Source: an uncultured Actinomycetota bacterium (GTDB lineage Bacteria; Actinomycetota; Actinomycetes; Mycobacteriales; Mycobacteriaceae). From it: a stretch of 64,000 nucleotides of DNA. The notes below the pieces were generated by a model that saw nothing but the letters and a program-made list of their open reading frames with translations, made no database searches and had not been told where the DNA came from. The position numbers were made by a program, and so were the translations under genes. The stretch covers positions 376,944-440,943 of the forward strand of contig CAWFAR010000005.1 in NCBI GenBank assembly GCA_963813935.1. Direction: 5' to 3'. This document shows, in pieces, positions 8,443 through 18,505 of this stretch. How positions within the stretch are numbered: the stretch's first letter is position 1; every line of letters begins with the position of its first letter.

Positions 8443-9675
8443 ATGGCAATCACTGATCTCAAGGAATATGCCCACCTGACCACCGAAGATGTCGAGCAGC
8501 TTGCGAAAGAGCTGGACGCCATCCGCGCAGACATCGAGGAATCTCGCGGTGAGCGCGATGCCCGCTATATCCGCCGATCCATCCAATTGCAGCGCGCCCT
8601 GGCCGCCGGTGGACGAATTGCGTTGTTCGCCAGCAGAAATAAGCTGGCATGGATGAGTGGCACCGCGATGCTCGCCACAGCAAAGATCATCGAAAATATG
8701 GAGCTGGGACACAACATCATCCACGGCCAATGGGACTGGATGAACGACCCGGAGATCCATTCCACTGAGTGGGAGTGGGACACCACCTGCCCGAGCGTGC
8801 AGTGGAAGCATTCGCACAACTTCGTGCACCACAAGTACACCAACGTCGTCGGTCTGGACGGCGATGTCGGCTACGGGATCATGCGCGTCACCCGCGACCA
8901 ACATTGGGAAAGCTGGATGCTGGGCAATCCCATCTACAACCTGTTGCTGGGCACGCTGTTTGAGTGGGGCGTCGCATTGCACCACATCGAAACGGTGAAG
9001 ATCCGCAAAAAGGAAAAGACCTGGGCCGAAGCGCGCAAGGACCTGCGGGTGATCGGCAAGAAGGTCGCCAAGCAGGCCGGCAAGGACTACCTGGTGTTCC
9101 CCGCGCTGACGGGGCGCAACTGGAAGCACACCCTCAAGGCGAACCTGACCGCCAACCTGATCCGCAACTACTGGTCCTACATGGTGATTTTCTGCGGCCA
9201 CTTCCCCGACGGGGCGGAGAAATTCACCGTCGACGAGTTCGAGAACGAGACCAAGGGGGAGTGGTATCTGCGCCAGATGCTCGGTTCGGCGAACTTCAAC
9301 GCCGGGCGGTTCATGGCATTCATTAGCGGCAACCTCTGCTATCAGATTGAGCACCACCTGTTTCCGGACCTGCCCAGCAACCGCTACGCGGAGATTGGCG
9401 TGCGGGTGCGCGAGCTGTGTGACAAGTACGACCTGCCATACACCACGGGATCCCTTGGCCGCCAATACATGCAGTCATTCTGGACGATTCTCAAACTCGC
9501 CTTGCCCGACAAACTGCTTAAGGCGACGCCTGACGACGCCCGGGAGACGCGCTCCGAGCTGAAGTTCCGCGTTCGCCAGGGACTGCGGGAGAGCTTCGTC
9601 GATCCCGAGACGGGTAAACGACGGGGCTTGCGGACCGCGCTGCGCGAACTGCGGGGCGGCGCTGCTGCGGCGTAA
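8443..9675 (+). CDS. desA3: Membrane acyl-CoA (stearoyl-CoA delta-9-type) desaturase, DesA3-like
   Basis: 410 aa with three histidine boxes (HNIIHG, HNFVHH, QIEHHLFP). The N-terminus MAITD...ESRGERDARYIRR matches my recollection of M. tuberculosis DesA3. It is paired with the reductase, as in Rv3230c-Rv3229c. Confidence 0.85.
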   Translation: MAITDLKEYAHLTTEDVEQLAKELDAIRADIEESRGERDARYIRRSIQLQRALAAGGRIALFASRNKLAWMSGTAMLATAKIIENMELGHNIIHGQWDWMNDPEIHSTEWEWDTTCPSVQWKHSHNFVHHKYTNVVGLDGDVGYGIMRVTRDQHWESWMLGNPIYNLLLGTLFEWGVALHHIETVKIRKKEKTWAEARKDLRVIGKKVAKQAGKDYLVFPALTGRNWKHTLKANLTANLIRNYWSYMVIFCGHFPDGAEKFTVDEFENETKGEWYLRQMLGSANFNAGRFMAFISGNLCYQIEHHLFPDLPSNRYAEIGVRVRELCDKYDLPYTTGSLGRQYMQSFWTILKLALPDKLLKATPDDARETRSELKFRVRQGLRESFVDPETGKRRGLRTALRELRGGAAAA

Positions 9676-9708
9676 CGCACGCGTGGCTCTGCCCGATGGC
9701 ACCCGAAG

Positions 9709-9755
9709 TTGACCTTTGGTAAGGCAACCCTTAGTTTGTGGGGGTGACTTACCAA
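9709..9755 (+). promoter_or_regulatory. Sigma-70-like promoter overlapped by an IdeR-type iron box
   Basis: TTGACC (9709-9714), a 17-nt spacer, then TAGTTT (9732-9737). TTTGGTAAGGCAACCCTTA (9715-9733) matches the IdeR consensus TWAGGTWAGSCTWACCTWA at 16 of 19 positions. A partner half-site CTTACCAA lies at 9748-9755. Confidence 0.55.
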
Positions 9756-9860
9756 GCGGCAGTTGCTGGCCGCGTCGATCCGGGGTCTGGTCGCGGTGAC
9801 GCCGGGTCGTTCGATCAACGAGGTCGCGGCGGAACTCACCGCCGTAGGGGAGGAGCGCTG

Positions 9861-10751
9861 ATGGCGCGCGGGTTGCAGGGCGTGATTTTGCGGACTTTCG
9901 GCGCACGCGACCACACCGCAACCGTGATCGAAACCGTACGGATTGCACCACATTTCGTACGGGTGCGCATGGTGTCGCAGACGTTGTTCGAAGACGCGAA
10001 GGCCGAACCGGCGGCCTGGCTGCGGTTCTGGTTTCCCGACCCGAACGGGTCGAATGCTGAGTTCCAGCGCGCGTACACGATCTCCGAGGCAGACGTCCCC
10101 GCCGGTCGCTTCGCGGTGGACATCGTGCTGCACGACCCGGCCGGCCCGGCGTCGTTGTGGGCGCGCACCGTGGAACCTGGCAGGACGATCGCGGTCATGT
10201 CACTGATGGGTTCGTACCGTTTCGACGTGCCCGACCAGCAACCGGCCGGCTATCTGCTGATTGGTGACTCGGCATCGATCCCAGGGATGAACGGTATTGT
10301 TGCAATCGGCCCCGACGATGTCCCGATTGAGATGTACCTCGAGCAGCACGACGACAAAGACACGCTGATTCCGCTCGTCAAACATCCCCGGCTGCGGGTG
10401 CATTGGGTCGCGCGCCGCGACGAGAAGTCATTGGCCGAGGCGATTGAAAGCCGGGACTGGTCGGACTGGTATGTGTGGGCGACACCCGAGGCCGCGACCC
10501 TCAAGCACGTCCGAAGGCGGTTGCGTGACGAGTTCGGGTTTCCCAAGTCGGCGATACACGCCCAGGCCTACTGGAGCGCCGGGCGAGCGATGGGCATCCG
10601 CCGCGGCGACGAGCCGGACGCCACCGTCGCTGCCGCACCGCTCCCCGATGACAGACAGGGGGAAAGCGTTGCAGCACATCGCTGCGGGTCGACGCTTCGA
10701 CGAATTCTGGCGGCAGCAGCACGGGGCCGTGGCGTGGCACATCCTCGCTGA
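9861..10751 (+). CDS. Siderophore-interacting FAD-binding reductase (SIP/ViuB family)
   Basis: Start chosen at ATG 9861, preceded by [25 protein letters not shown] and YVWATPEA are typical SIP motifs. The C-terminal roughly 50 aa look atypical. Confidence 0.8.
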   Translation: MARGLQGVILRTFGARDHTATVIETVRIAPHFVRVRMVSQTLFEDAKAEPAAWLRFWFPDPNGSNAEFQRAYTISEADVPAGRFAVDIVLHDPAGPASLWARTVEPGRTIAVMSLMGSYRFDVPDQQPAGYLLIGDSASIPGMNGIVAIGPDDVPIEMYLEQHDDKDTLIPLVKHPRLRVHWVARRDEKSLAEAIESRDWSDWYVWATPEAATLKHVRRRLRDEFGFPKSAIHAQAYWSAGRAMGIRRGDEPDATVAAAPLPDDRQGESVAAHRCGSTLRRILAAAARGRGVAHPR

Positions 10752-10840
10752 CACGGCCACCATGGTTAGCCGCGGGTCTTGCCGTATGCCTTACAGTTGA
10801 TCGGTCGACCGACCGTCTGAGTGCTGGAGGCGTGCTGCTT

Positions 10841-11918
10841 ATGAGTGCTGTGGTGTCGATTCCGCGATACCCCGGCGACGTCACGCCCGAGTGGCTGTCT
10901 GCCGTGCTGAGCGAACGCCACCCAGCGGTCGAGGTGTCCGGACGTCGACGTGGTTGCCATCGGCACCGGCCAGACCGGGGCGACCTACCGGGTGACGGCC
11001 AGATATGTGACGGAGCCTGGTGAGCTGCCGCAGACCTTTGTGATCAAGCTGCCGGCACAGGACGACACCGTGCGTGACCGGGTCGTCATCGGTTATCGCA
11101 GCGAGTGCGCGTTCTACTCATCCGTGGTTGATCGGGTTCAGGTGCCGACGCCGCAGTGCTTCTACTGCGAGATCACCGAGGATGCAATGGATTTTGCCTT
11201 ACTGCTCGCCGATCAAGCGCCGGCGGTCCAGGGCGATCAGCTCGCCGGCTGCGGTGAACAAGAAGCGCGCCTGGCGGTTAGCGCTCTGGCCGGCCTACAC
11301 GCGCCCAGCTGGTGCGACCCGGTCTGGCTGGATTTTCCGGGCATCGCGTTTGGGCGGCCGGACGCAGCCGGCGCCAGCGGCATGGGCGAGGTGGCGCGGA
11401 TGAGCGCCGACATCACGCTAGAGAAGCTGGGCGATCGTATGACCGCCGAAGACCGCGAAACATTCCGTACAGCAATGGGTCTGGTGGAACCGTGGCTGCT
11501 GGCCGAGTATGACCGGTTTGCGTTGTTGCACGGGGACTATCGCCTGGACAACATGCTGTTCGACCCAGATCGAACGCGGGTCAGCGTGGTCGACTGGCAG
11601 ACACTCGGCGTGGGTCTGCCGGCCAGGGATCTCGCCTACTTCACCGCGACCAGCCTGAATTCGCGACTACGGGCAAGCATCGAGGAAGACCTCGTCGCCG
11701 ACTATCACCGAGCGTTATCGGATTGCGGGGTTACCGACTACGACCGCGAAACATGTTGGCGCGACTACCGGCTCGGTGTGCTACAGGCACCGCTGATCTC
11801 GGCGCTCGGGTTCGCCTTCGCGGCCTCCACCGAGCGCGGCGACGATATGGTGCTGGCTATGCTCGGCCGCGGCTGCCAAGCGATCCGTGATCTGGAGACG
11901 CTCGAACTGCTGCGCTGA
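10841..11918 (+). pseudogene. Kinase-fold phosphotransferase (APH/DUF1679-like) with a frameshift near 10938-10950
   Basis: The N-terminal piece MSAVVSIPRYPGDVTPEWLSAVLSERHPAVEVSG is in the frame of ORF 10832. The remainder, VVAIGTGQTGATYRV and HGDYRLDN, is in the frame of ORF 10950..11918. One extra base at TCCGGACG joins them. The intact-looking downstream ORF could also stand alone. Confidence 0.6.
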
Positions 11919-11940
11919 ACCGTCGATCGCGGTGAGGGAA

Positions 11941-12763
11941 TCAGTACTGCGTGGAACCCTGGTCTACCCGGATCTCGGCCGCGGTGACGTTGCGCGATTC
12001 GTCGCTGGCCAGCCAGCACACGGCGTCGGCGATCTCTTCCGGCTCGGCAACCCAGTTGGGTAGGAAAGGCGTGAGCGTGTGGGCCAACTGTGGGTTGGTC
12101 TCCATGGCCTTGCCCACCGCCTCGACCATTTCCACGGATCCCATGGGGGTGTTCACCGGTCCTGGGTGAACGCTGTTGAACCCGGATCGAATGTTTGCCC
12201 AATTCGGCGGCGAAGGCGCGGGCCAACCCGGTGACGGCGTGCTTGCTGGCCGTGTAGTGCACCATGAACGGCTGCATTTTCGCCCCGGCCGCCGAACTGA
12301 TCAGAATGATCGAGCCGCCGCGGCCCCCTTCGATGATTTTGTCGGCGCCGGCCATCACGGTATTCCAGGTGCCCGTCACGTTGACGTCCAGCACATCGCG
12401 AAAGGATTCGGGCGTGATGTCATTCCATACCTGCGGAGCGGCGATACCAGCGTTGGCGACGACGATGTCAAGGCGTCCCAATTCGGCGACCCCTTCGTCG
12501 ACGGCCCTGCGGAGTCCGTCTAAGTCGCGGATGTCAACAGCGGAGGCGAGGATCCGGCGGTTCGTTTCTTCAACCAGGCGAACCGTCTCGGCGAGGTCCT
12601 CCTCGGTCGCCGGCGGGTAGGGAACGCAGGACGGGAGCTTGCCGGCGATGTCGACGGCGATGACGTCGGCACCCTCCTCGGCCATCCGAACGGCATGCGC
12701 CCGCCCCTGGCCGCGCGCCGCTCCGGTGATGAAAGCCACCTTGCCCGCGAGCCGGCCGGTCAT
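11941..12763 (-). pseudogene. Mycofactocin-class SDR (carveol dehydrogenase-like) with a frameshift near 12178
   Basis: The N-terminus GKVAFITGAARGQGRAHAVRMAEEGADVIAVDI...YPPATEEDLAETVRLVE is typical of TIGR03971-type SDRs. After HSIRV the frame runs into nonsense. The expected NSVHPGPVNTPMGS...WLASDESRNVTAAEIRVDQG is in another frame (ORF 11941..12156). One extra base lies at GGGTTCAAC. Confidence 0.65.
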
Positions 12764-13941
12764 CGCTGTGCCGCCTTGACAAGGTTCGACCCGATGATCA
12801 GACGCTGAATCTCGCTGGTGCCCTCATAGAGCCGCAGCAGTCGCACGTCGCGGTAAATCCGTTCGACGGGCACGCCATGCATGTAGCCGCTGCCGCCGTG
12901 AATCTGCACCGCGAGATCCGCCACCTTGCCGGCCATTTCGGTGCAGAACAACTTCGCCGCCGACGGCGCGACCCGGCGATCCTGGTTGGTGACCCACAGC
13001 CGGGCCGCATCGCGGACCAGCGCGCGGCCGGCCAGCACACCGGTCTGCTGGTCGGCGATCATCGCCTGCACCAACTGGAAGCTTCCGATCGGTGTCCCGC
13101 CCTGCGTCGCGGTGGCGGCGTAGGACACCGATTCGTCGAGTGCGCGTTGGGCAGCGCCCACCGCGAGCGCGGCGATGTGCACCCGGCCGCGCGCCAGAGA
13201 GGTCATCGCCGCTCGATAGCCGATGTCTTCGCTGCCGCCGATCAGCGCGTCGGTCCCCACTCGGACGTCGTCGAAGCTGACGTCGGCGGTCCACGCACCT
13301 TCCTGGCCCATCTTGGCGTCCTTGGCGCCGACCTCGACGCCTGCGGCATCCGCGGGAACCAGAAAGACTGCGATCCCCGGGCCTTGGTCGTCGGCCGGGC
13401 GGGTACGCGCGAACACCACAAACAGGTCGGCGACGGGCGCGTTGGTGATGAAGCGCTTCTGCCCGGAGATCACCCAAGCCCCATCGTCGCTAACGGCTTT
13501 GGTTCGCAGGCCCGCCGGGTTCGATCCGGCGCCGGGCTCGGTCAGCGCGAAGGAGGCAACGACCTCGCCCGACGCCATCGGCTCCAGCCAGCGCTTCTTC
13601 TGCTCGTCGGTGCCGAAGCCGACGAGTACCTGTCCGGCGATGCCGTTGTTGGTGCCGAACATCGACCGCAGCGCCAGCGAGGTGTAGCCCAATTCCATTG
13701 CCAGCTCGACATCTTGGACAAGATTCAGGCCAAGGCCGCCCCACTGTTGAGGAATGGCGTATCCGAACAAACCCATCTTCTTGGCCTGCTCGCGGAGATC
13801 GTCAGGTACCCGATCGTCTGTCAGGATCTCCTGCTCGCGCGGGATCACGGCGTTGCGGACGAAGCGGCGGGTCTGGTCAAGGATCACTTGGAAGTCTTCA
13901 TCGCAGACTTCAGCACGTTCGTGGACGTCAGCGTTAGTCAT
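12760..13941 (-). CDS. Acyl-CoA dehydrogenase
   Basis: ACAD motifs are present (ALTEPGAGS, QIHGGSGYM, YEGTSEIQRLII). Start chosen at ATG 13941 (MTNADV); the ORF extends to 13977. The stop overlaps the downstream SDR start (ATGA). Confidence 0.85.
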   Translation of the reverse strand: MTNADVHERAEVCDEDFQVILDQTRRFVRNAVIPREQEILTDDRVPDDLREQAKKMGLFGYAIPQQWGGLGLNLVQDVELAMELGYTSLALRSMFGTNNGIAGQVLVGFGTDEQKKRWLEPMASGEVVASFALTEPGAGSNPAGLRTKAVSDDGAWVISGQKRFITNAPVADLFVVFARTRPADDQGPGIAVFLVPADAAGVEVGAKDAKMGQEGAWTADVSFDDVRVGTDALIGGSEDIGYRAAMTSLARGRVHIAALAVGAAQRALDESVSYAATATQGGTPIGSFQLVQAMIADQQTGVLAGRALVRDAARLWVTNQDRRVAPSAAKLFCTEMAGKVADLAVQIHGGSGYMHGVPVERIYRDVRLLRLYEGTSEIQRLIIGSNLVKAAQR

Positions 13942-14110
13942 GTAGTTAGACGCTCCTCTTTGGCAGTTGGCGCTCAACCCCGTGGGTGAGGCAACTCAAC
14001 CGCCGCTGGATTGGGCCCCGGCTCCGGGCAGGATCCTATATGAAATACGATATTCGAGCGACGGTGCCCCCAGGGCAGAAGCAAAACAGGGTAAGGATGA
14101 GTGATCTTCA

Positions 14111-14851
14111 GTGTCGTTGCTGAGCGGTCAGGCTGCGGTAGTCACAGGTGGTGCACAAGGTCTGGGTTTCGCGATCGCGGAGAGATTCGTCGCTGAAGGC
14201 GCACGCGTCGTGCTCGGAGACGTCAATCTCGAGGCGACCGAAGCCGCCGCCAAGCAGCTCGGTGGGGACGAGGTGGCCCTGGCGGTCCGGTGCGATGTGA
14301 CTCAAGCGGCCGATGTCGAGACGTTGATCCAGACCGCGGTCGAGCGCTTCGGCGGCCTGGACATCATGGTCAACAACGCCGGGATCACCCGCGACGCGAC
14401 GATGCGCAAGATGACCGAAGAACAATTCGATCAGGTCATCGACGTGCACCTGAAAGGGACCTGGAACGGCATCCGGCTGGCGGCAGCGATCATGCGGGAA
14501 AACAAACGTGGTGCAATCGTGAACATGTCGTCGGTGTCCGGCAAGGTCGGCATGATCGGCCAGACCAATTACTCGGCGGCCAAGGCCGGGATCATCGGAA
14601 TGACCAAGGCTGCCGCCAAAGAGCTCGCCTATTTGGGAGTGCGGGTCAATGTGATCGCTCCCGGGTTGATTCGCTCCGCCATGACAGAAGCAATGCCGCA
14701 ACGCATTTGGGACCAAAAAGAGGCCGAGGTTCCGATGGGCCGGGCGGGGGAGCCCAGCGAGGTCGCAAGCGTCGCCTTGTTCCTGGCCTCCGATCTTTCC
14801 TCGTATATGACCGGCACCGTTATGGAAGTCACCGGCGGCCGGCACATCTAA
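14111..14851 (+). CDS. 3-oxoacyl-(ACP/CoA) reductase, FabG-like SDR
   Basis: 246 aa with [12 protein letters not shown] and YSAAK motifs. Confidence 0.85.
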   Translation: MSLLSGQAAVVTGGAQGLGFAIAERFVAEGARVVLGDVNLEATEAAAKQLGGDEVALAVRCDVTQAADVETLIQTAVERFGGLDIMVNNAGITRDATMRKMTEEQFDQVIDVHLKGTWNGIRLAAAIMRENKRGAIVNMSSVSGKVGMIGQTNYSAAKAGIIGMTKAAAKELAYLGVRVNVIAPGLIRSAMTEAMPQRIWDQKEAEVPMGRAGEPSEVASVALFLASDLSSYMTGTVMEVTGGRHI

Positions 14852-14871
14852 GCGCCAAACGAGAGGTAGCC

Positions 14872-16089
14872 ATGCGTGAAGCCGTTATCTGTGAACCCGT
14901 ACGGACACCGATCGGCCGCTACGGCGGAATGTTCAAGTCGCAGACCGCAGTCGACCTGGGCGTCGCCGCACTGAAAGGGCTACTCGAGCGAACCGGACTC
15001 GCGCCCGAGGCGGTGCAAGACGTCATTCTCGGGCACTGCTATCCGAGCAGCGAGGCGCCGGCGATCGGACGTGTAGTGGCATTGGATTCCGGCCTGCCCG
15101 TGACGGTTCCGGGCATGCAGGTCGACCGCCGGTGCGGGTCGGGCCTGCAGGCGGTGATCCAAGCGTGTCTGCAGGTGGGCAATGGCGACCACGACCTCGT
15201 CGTCGCCGGCGGATGCGAAAGCATGAGCAACGTCGCGTTCTATTCCACCGATATGCGGTGGGGTGGTGCCCGCGGCGGTGTGCGGGTGCATGACGGGCTG
15301 GCGCGCGGGCGTACCACTGCCGGGGGCCGGCACTACCCGGTTCCGGGTGGGATGCTGGAGACGGCCGAGAATCTGCGCCGCCAGTACGGTATTTCGCGAG
15401 TGGAGCAAGACGAGCTCGCGGTGCGGTCACATCAGCGTGCCGTGGCCGCGCAGAAAGATGGCATTTTCGCCGAGGAGATCATCCCGGTCGCGGTGCGTAC
15501 TCGGCACGGCGAGGAACTGATCGACACCGACGAACATCCGCGCGCCGACACATCGGTCGAATCGTTGAGCAAGCTCAAACCCGTTCTGCTGGCTGAAGAT
15601 TCGGAGGCGACGGTCACTGCCGGCAACGCCAGCGGACAGAACGACGCGGCATCCATGTGCGTGGTGACCACGCCCGAGAAGGCAGCCGAACACGGGCTGA
15701 GGCCGTTGGTCCGCATGATGTCGTGGGGGCTGGCGGGCGTGGCGCCCAACATCATGGGCATCGGTCCTGTGCCAGCGACCGAGGTTGCACTCGCCAAGGC
15801 AGGCCTGCAACTGCCCGAAATCGACCTCATCGAACTCAACGAAGCCTTTGCCGCACAAGCGCTTGCGGTGATGCGGGAATGGAATTTCGGCGCCGCCGAC
15901 CACGACCGAACCAATGTGCACGGGTCGGGAATCTCACTGGGCCATCCGGTCGGCGCGACCGGCGGCAGGATGCTGGCCTCCCTGGCGCGCGAACTCAATC
16001 GCCGCGAGGCGCGCTACGGGCTGGAGACCATGTGCATCGGCGGCGGCCAGGGGCTTGCCGCGGTCTTCGAACGGGTCGCGACGACGTGA
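14872..16089 (+). CDS. Acetyl-CoA C-acyltransferase (thiolase)
   Basis: MREAVICEPVRTPIGRYGG, the active-site region RRCGSGLQAV and the C-terminal CIGGGQG are present. The N-terminal extension of track ORF 14290.. is an out-of-frame shadow of fabG. Confidence 0.9.
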   Translation: MREAVICEPVRTPIGRYGGMFKSQTAVDLGVAALKGLLERTGLAPEAVQDVILGHCYPSSEAPAIGRVVALDSGLPVTVPGMQVDRRCGSGLQAVIQACLQVGNGDHDLVVAGGCESMSNVAFYSTDMRWGGARGGVRVHDGLARGRTTAGGRHYPVPGGMLETAENLRRQYGISRVEQDELAVRSHQRAVAAQKDGIFAEEIIPVAVRTRHGEELIDTDEHPRADTSVESLSKLKPVLLAEDSEATVTAGNASGQNDAASMCVVTTPEKAAEHGLRPLVRMMSWGLAGVAPNIMGIGPVPATEVALAKAGLQLPEIDLIELNEAFAAQALAVMREWNFGAADHDRTNVHGSGISLGHPVGATGGRMLASLARELNRREARYGLETMCIGGGQGLAAVFERVATT

Positions 16090-17282
16090 ACGAGTTGCCG
16101 CTGAGCGGCCTCACCGTCGTGGAGGTGTCGAGTTTCGTCGCCGCACCGCTGTGTGGCATGACGCTGGGCCAGCTTGGCGCGCAGGTGATCCGCATCGATC
16201 CGATCGGGGGTGCCTCCGACGTCCAGCGATGGCCACTGGCAGCAGACGGCACGTCGATCTACTGGACCGGACTGAACAAGGGAAAGCGTTCGGCCACCAT
16301 CGATCTGCGCTCGACCGACGGTCAAGAGCTGGTCCAGCGGCTGATCGTTGAGGGCGACGGCATCGTCGTCACCAACGCCGCAGGTCTGTCCTGGCTGAGC
16401 CATGATCGCCTGGCCGCCAAGCGTTCCGACGTGATCCATGTTCAGCTCCTCGGGCGTGGCGACGGTTCCACCGGAGTGGACTACACCGTGAACGCCGGTA
16501 TCGGATTCCCGCTCGTCACCGGCCCGGCCAATCATGCCGGCCCCATCAACCACGTATTGCCGGCCTGGGATGTGTGCTGCGGCCTGTACGCCGCACTGGC
16601 CGTCGTCACCGCCGTCCGCCGCCGCGACCAGTCCGGGGTGGGTGCGCGCATCAGCCTGGCGCTCGAGGATGTCGCGCTGGCCACGGCGGGAAATTTGGGA
16701 CTGCTGACCGAGCCGCAGGTTAATGGGACCCAACGCCAACGTTTGGGCAACGCCATCTACGGCCAGTACGGCCAGGACTTCACCAGTCGCGACGGAGTCG
16801 CGTTCATGGTTGTCACGCTGACTAAACGGCACTTTCGCGATCTGGTCGAGGTGACGGACACGAGCGCTGCGGTATCGGCGCTCGCCGAGGCTCTGGGCGT
16901 GGACTTCGCTAGTGAAGGGGACCGTTACCGGTACCGCGACGTGCTCTCCGGCCTGTTCGCCGCCTGGTTCGCCGATCACACGGCCAAGCAGATCACCGCG
17001 GCGTTGTCGGACACCACCGTGCTGTTCGAGCGGTACCGCACCTTCGCGGAAGTCGCGGAAGACCCCAAGGTGACTGCTAATCCGCTCTTCTCGCGGCTGC
17101 ACCAACCCGGTGTCGGAGACTATTTCGCCCCCGGCATGCCGGCCTCGTTCGATGGCACCCATCCCGCCAGCGCACCGGCGCCCGTCCTGGGACAAGACAC
17201 CGCCGACCTGCTCACGCAGTACTTGGGATTGACGACCGCCGACATCGAGCGCTTGACGAGCGCGAAAACTATCGCCTGTTGA
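16086..17282 (+). CDS. Family III CoA-transferase (CaiB/BaiF)
   Basis: The GTG start overlaps the thiolase stop (GTGA). LSGLTVVEVSSFVAAP...IRIDP is a typical N-terminus. Confidence 0.8.
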   Translation: MNELPLSGLTVVEVSSFVAAPLCGMTLGQLGAQVIRIDPIGGASDVQRWPLAADGTSIYWTGLNKGKRSATIDLRSTDGQELVQRLIVEGDGIVVTNAAGLSWLSHDRLAAKRSDVIHVQLLGRGDGSTGVDYTVNAGIGFPLVTGPANHAGPINHVLPAWDVCCGLYAALAVVTAVRRRDQSGVGARISLALEDVALATAGNLGLLTEPQVNGTQRQRLGNAIYGQYGQDFTSRDGVAFMVVTLTKRHFRDLVEVTDTSAAVSALAEALGVDFASEGDRYRYRDVLSGLFAAWFADHTAKQITAALSDTTVLFERYRTFAEVAEDPKVTANPLFSRLHQPGVGDYFAPGMPASFDGTHPASAPAPVLGQDTADLLTQYLGLTTADIERLTSAKTIAC

Positions 17283-17307
17283 GATAGGCGCAAGGGAAGG
17301 ACAGCGC

Positions 17308-18501
17308 ATGACCAAACTCGCGCAGACTCTCGGCCTGACGGAATTTCAGACCGAGATCATCGCTACCGTAAGGCAATTCGTGGATAAGGAAGTCATTCCC
17401 AACGCACCGGAACTCGAACGCGGCGACACCTACCCGCAGGAGATCGTCGATCAGATGCGGGAGATGGGTCTGTTCGGACTGATGATTCCCCAGGAGTACG
17501 GCGGTCTGGGCGAGTCGCTGCTCACGTATGCGTTATGCGTCGAGGAGCTGGCACGCGGCTGGATGAGCGTGTCCGGAGTGCTCAATACTCACTTCATCGT
17601 GGCGTACATGCTGCGTCAGCACGGCACCGACGAGCAGAAGCAGCGGTTTCTGCCGCGCATGGCGATCGGCGAATCCCGCGGCGCGTTCTCGATGTCGGAG
17701 CCTGAGTTGGGCTCCGACGTGGCCGCGATCCGCACCCGGGCCAAACGGAATTCCGATGGCACCTACACCATCGACGGCCAGAAGATGTGGCTGACCAATG
17801 GTGCCACGTCGACGCTGGTGGCGGTGTTGGTGCGCACAGACGAAGGTTCGGACAAGCCGCACCGCAACTTGACCGCGTTTCTTGTGGAGAAACCGGTCGG
17901 TTTCGGCGAAGTCGTGCCGGGTCTGACGATTCCCGGCAAGATCGACAAACTGGGCTACAAGGGGATCGAAACCACCGAGCTCATCTTCGACGGATACCAG
18001 GCCAGCGCGGACGACATTCTCGGTGGTACGCCGGGGCAGGGGTTCTTCCAGATGATGGACGGCATCGAAGTCGGCCGGGTCAACGTGTCGGCGAGAGCCT
18101 GCGGCATCGGGATCCGTGCTTTCGAGCTCGCGGTGCGCTATGCGCAGCAACGTCACACCTTTGGCAAGCCGATTGCCGAGCACCAGGCCATCGCGTTCCA
18201 GCTGGCCGAGATGGCCACCAAAGTCGAAGCCGCACACCTGATGATGGTCAACGCGGCACGGCTGAAAGACTCGGGAGAACGCAATGACGTCGCCGCCGGC
18301 ATGGCCAAATACCTTGCCAGCGAATACTGTTCGGAGGTCACGCAGCAGAGCTTCCGGATTCACGGCGGCTACGGTTACTCCAAGGAATACGAGATCGAGC
18401 GGCTGATGCGTGATGCGCCGTTCCTGCTCATCGGCGAAGGAACCAGCGAAATCCAGAAGTCCATCATCAGCAAACGACTGCTCGCCGAGTATCAGGTGTG
18501 A
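17308..18501 (+). CDS. Acyl-CoA dehydrogenase
   Basis: 397 aa with SMSEPELGSD, RIHGGYGYS and IGEGTSEIQ motifs. Confidence 0.9.
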   Translation: MTKLAQTLGLTEFQTEIIATVRQFVDKEVIPNAPELERGDTYPQEIVDQMREMGLFGLMIPQEYGGLGESLLTYALCVEELARGWMSVSGVLNTHFIVAYMLRQHGTDEQKQRFLPRMAIGESRGAFSMSEPELGSDVAAIRTRAKRNSDGTYTIDGQKMWLTNGATSTLVAVLVRTDEGSDKPHRNLTAFLVEKPVGFGEVVPGLTIPGKIDKLGYKGIETTELIFDGYQASADDILGGTPGQGFFQMMDGIEVGRVNVSARACGIGIRAFELAVRYAQQRHTFGKPIAEHQAIAFQLAEMATKVEAAHLMMVNAARLKDSGERNDVAAGMAKYLASEYCSEVTQQSFRIHGGYGYSKEYEIERLMRDAPFLLIGEGTSEIQKSIISKRLLAEYQV

Positions 18502-18505
18502 GGCG

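Noticed and set aside
8422-9465. Long antisense or out-of-frame ORFs opposite many genes (for example 8422..9465, 12877..13989, 16014..17315, 34596..35861, 48027..49706, 53654..54991, 26011..26826)
   Set aside because: Each overlaps a gene with clear family motifs on the other strand or in another frame. Their compositions are low-complexity Arg/Pro/Gly-rich. I treated them as shadow ORFs.
11765-11940. C-terminal 60 codons of ORF 11765..12763, overlapping the end of the phosphotransferase gene
   Set aside because: This is read-through nonsense created by the frameshift near 12178. The genuine C-terminus is ORF 11941..12156.
14290-14871. N-terminal extensions of track ORFs (14290.. for the thiolase, 40264..41661 for the Ltp thiolase, 57734..59212 for qor, 15657.. 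for the CoA-transferase)
   Set aside because: The extensions overlap upstream genes out of frame and lack family similarity. Internal ATG or GTG starts with an SD or with stop-start overlap give proteins of canonical length.
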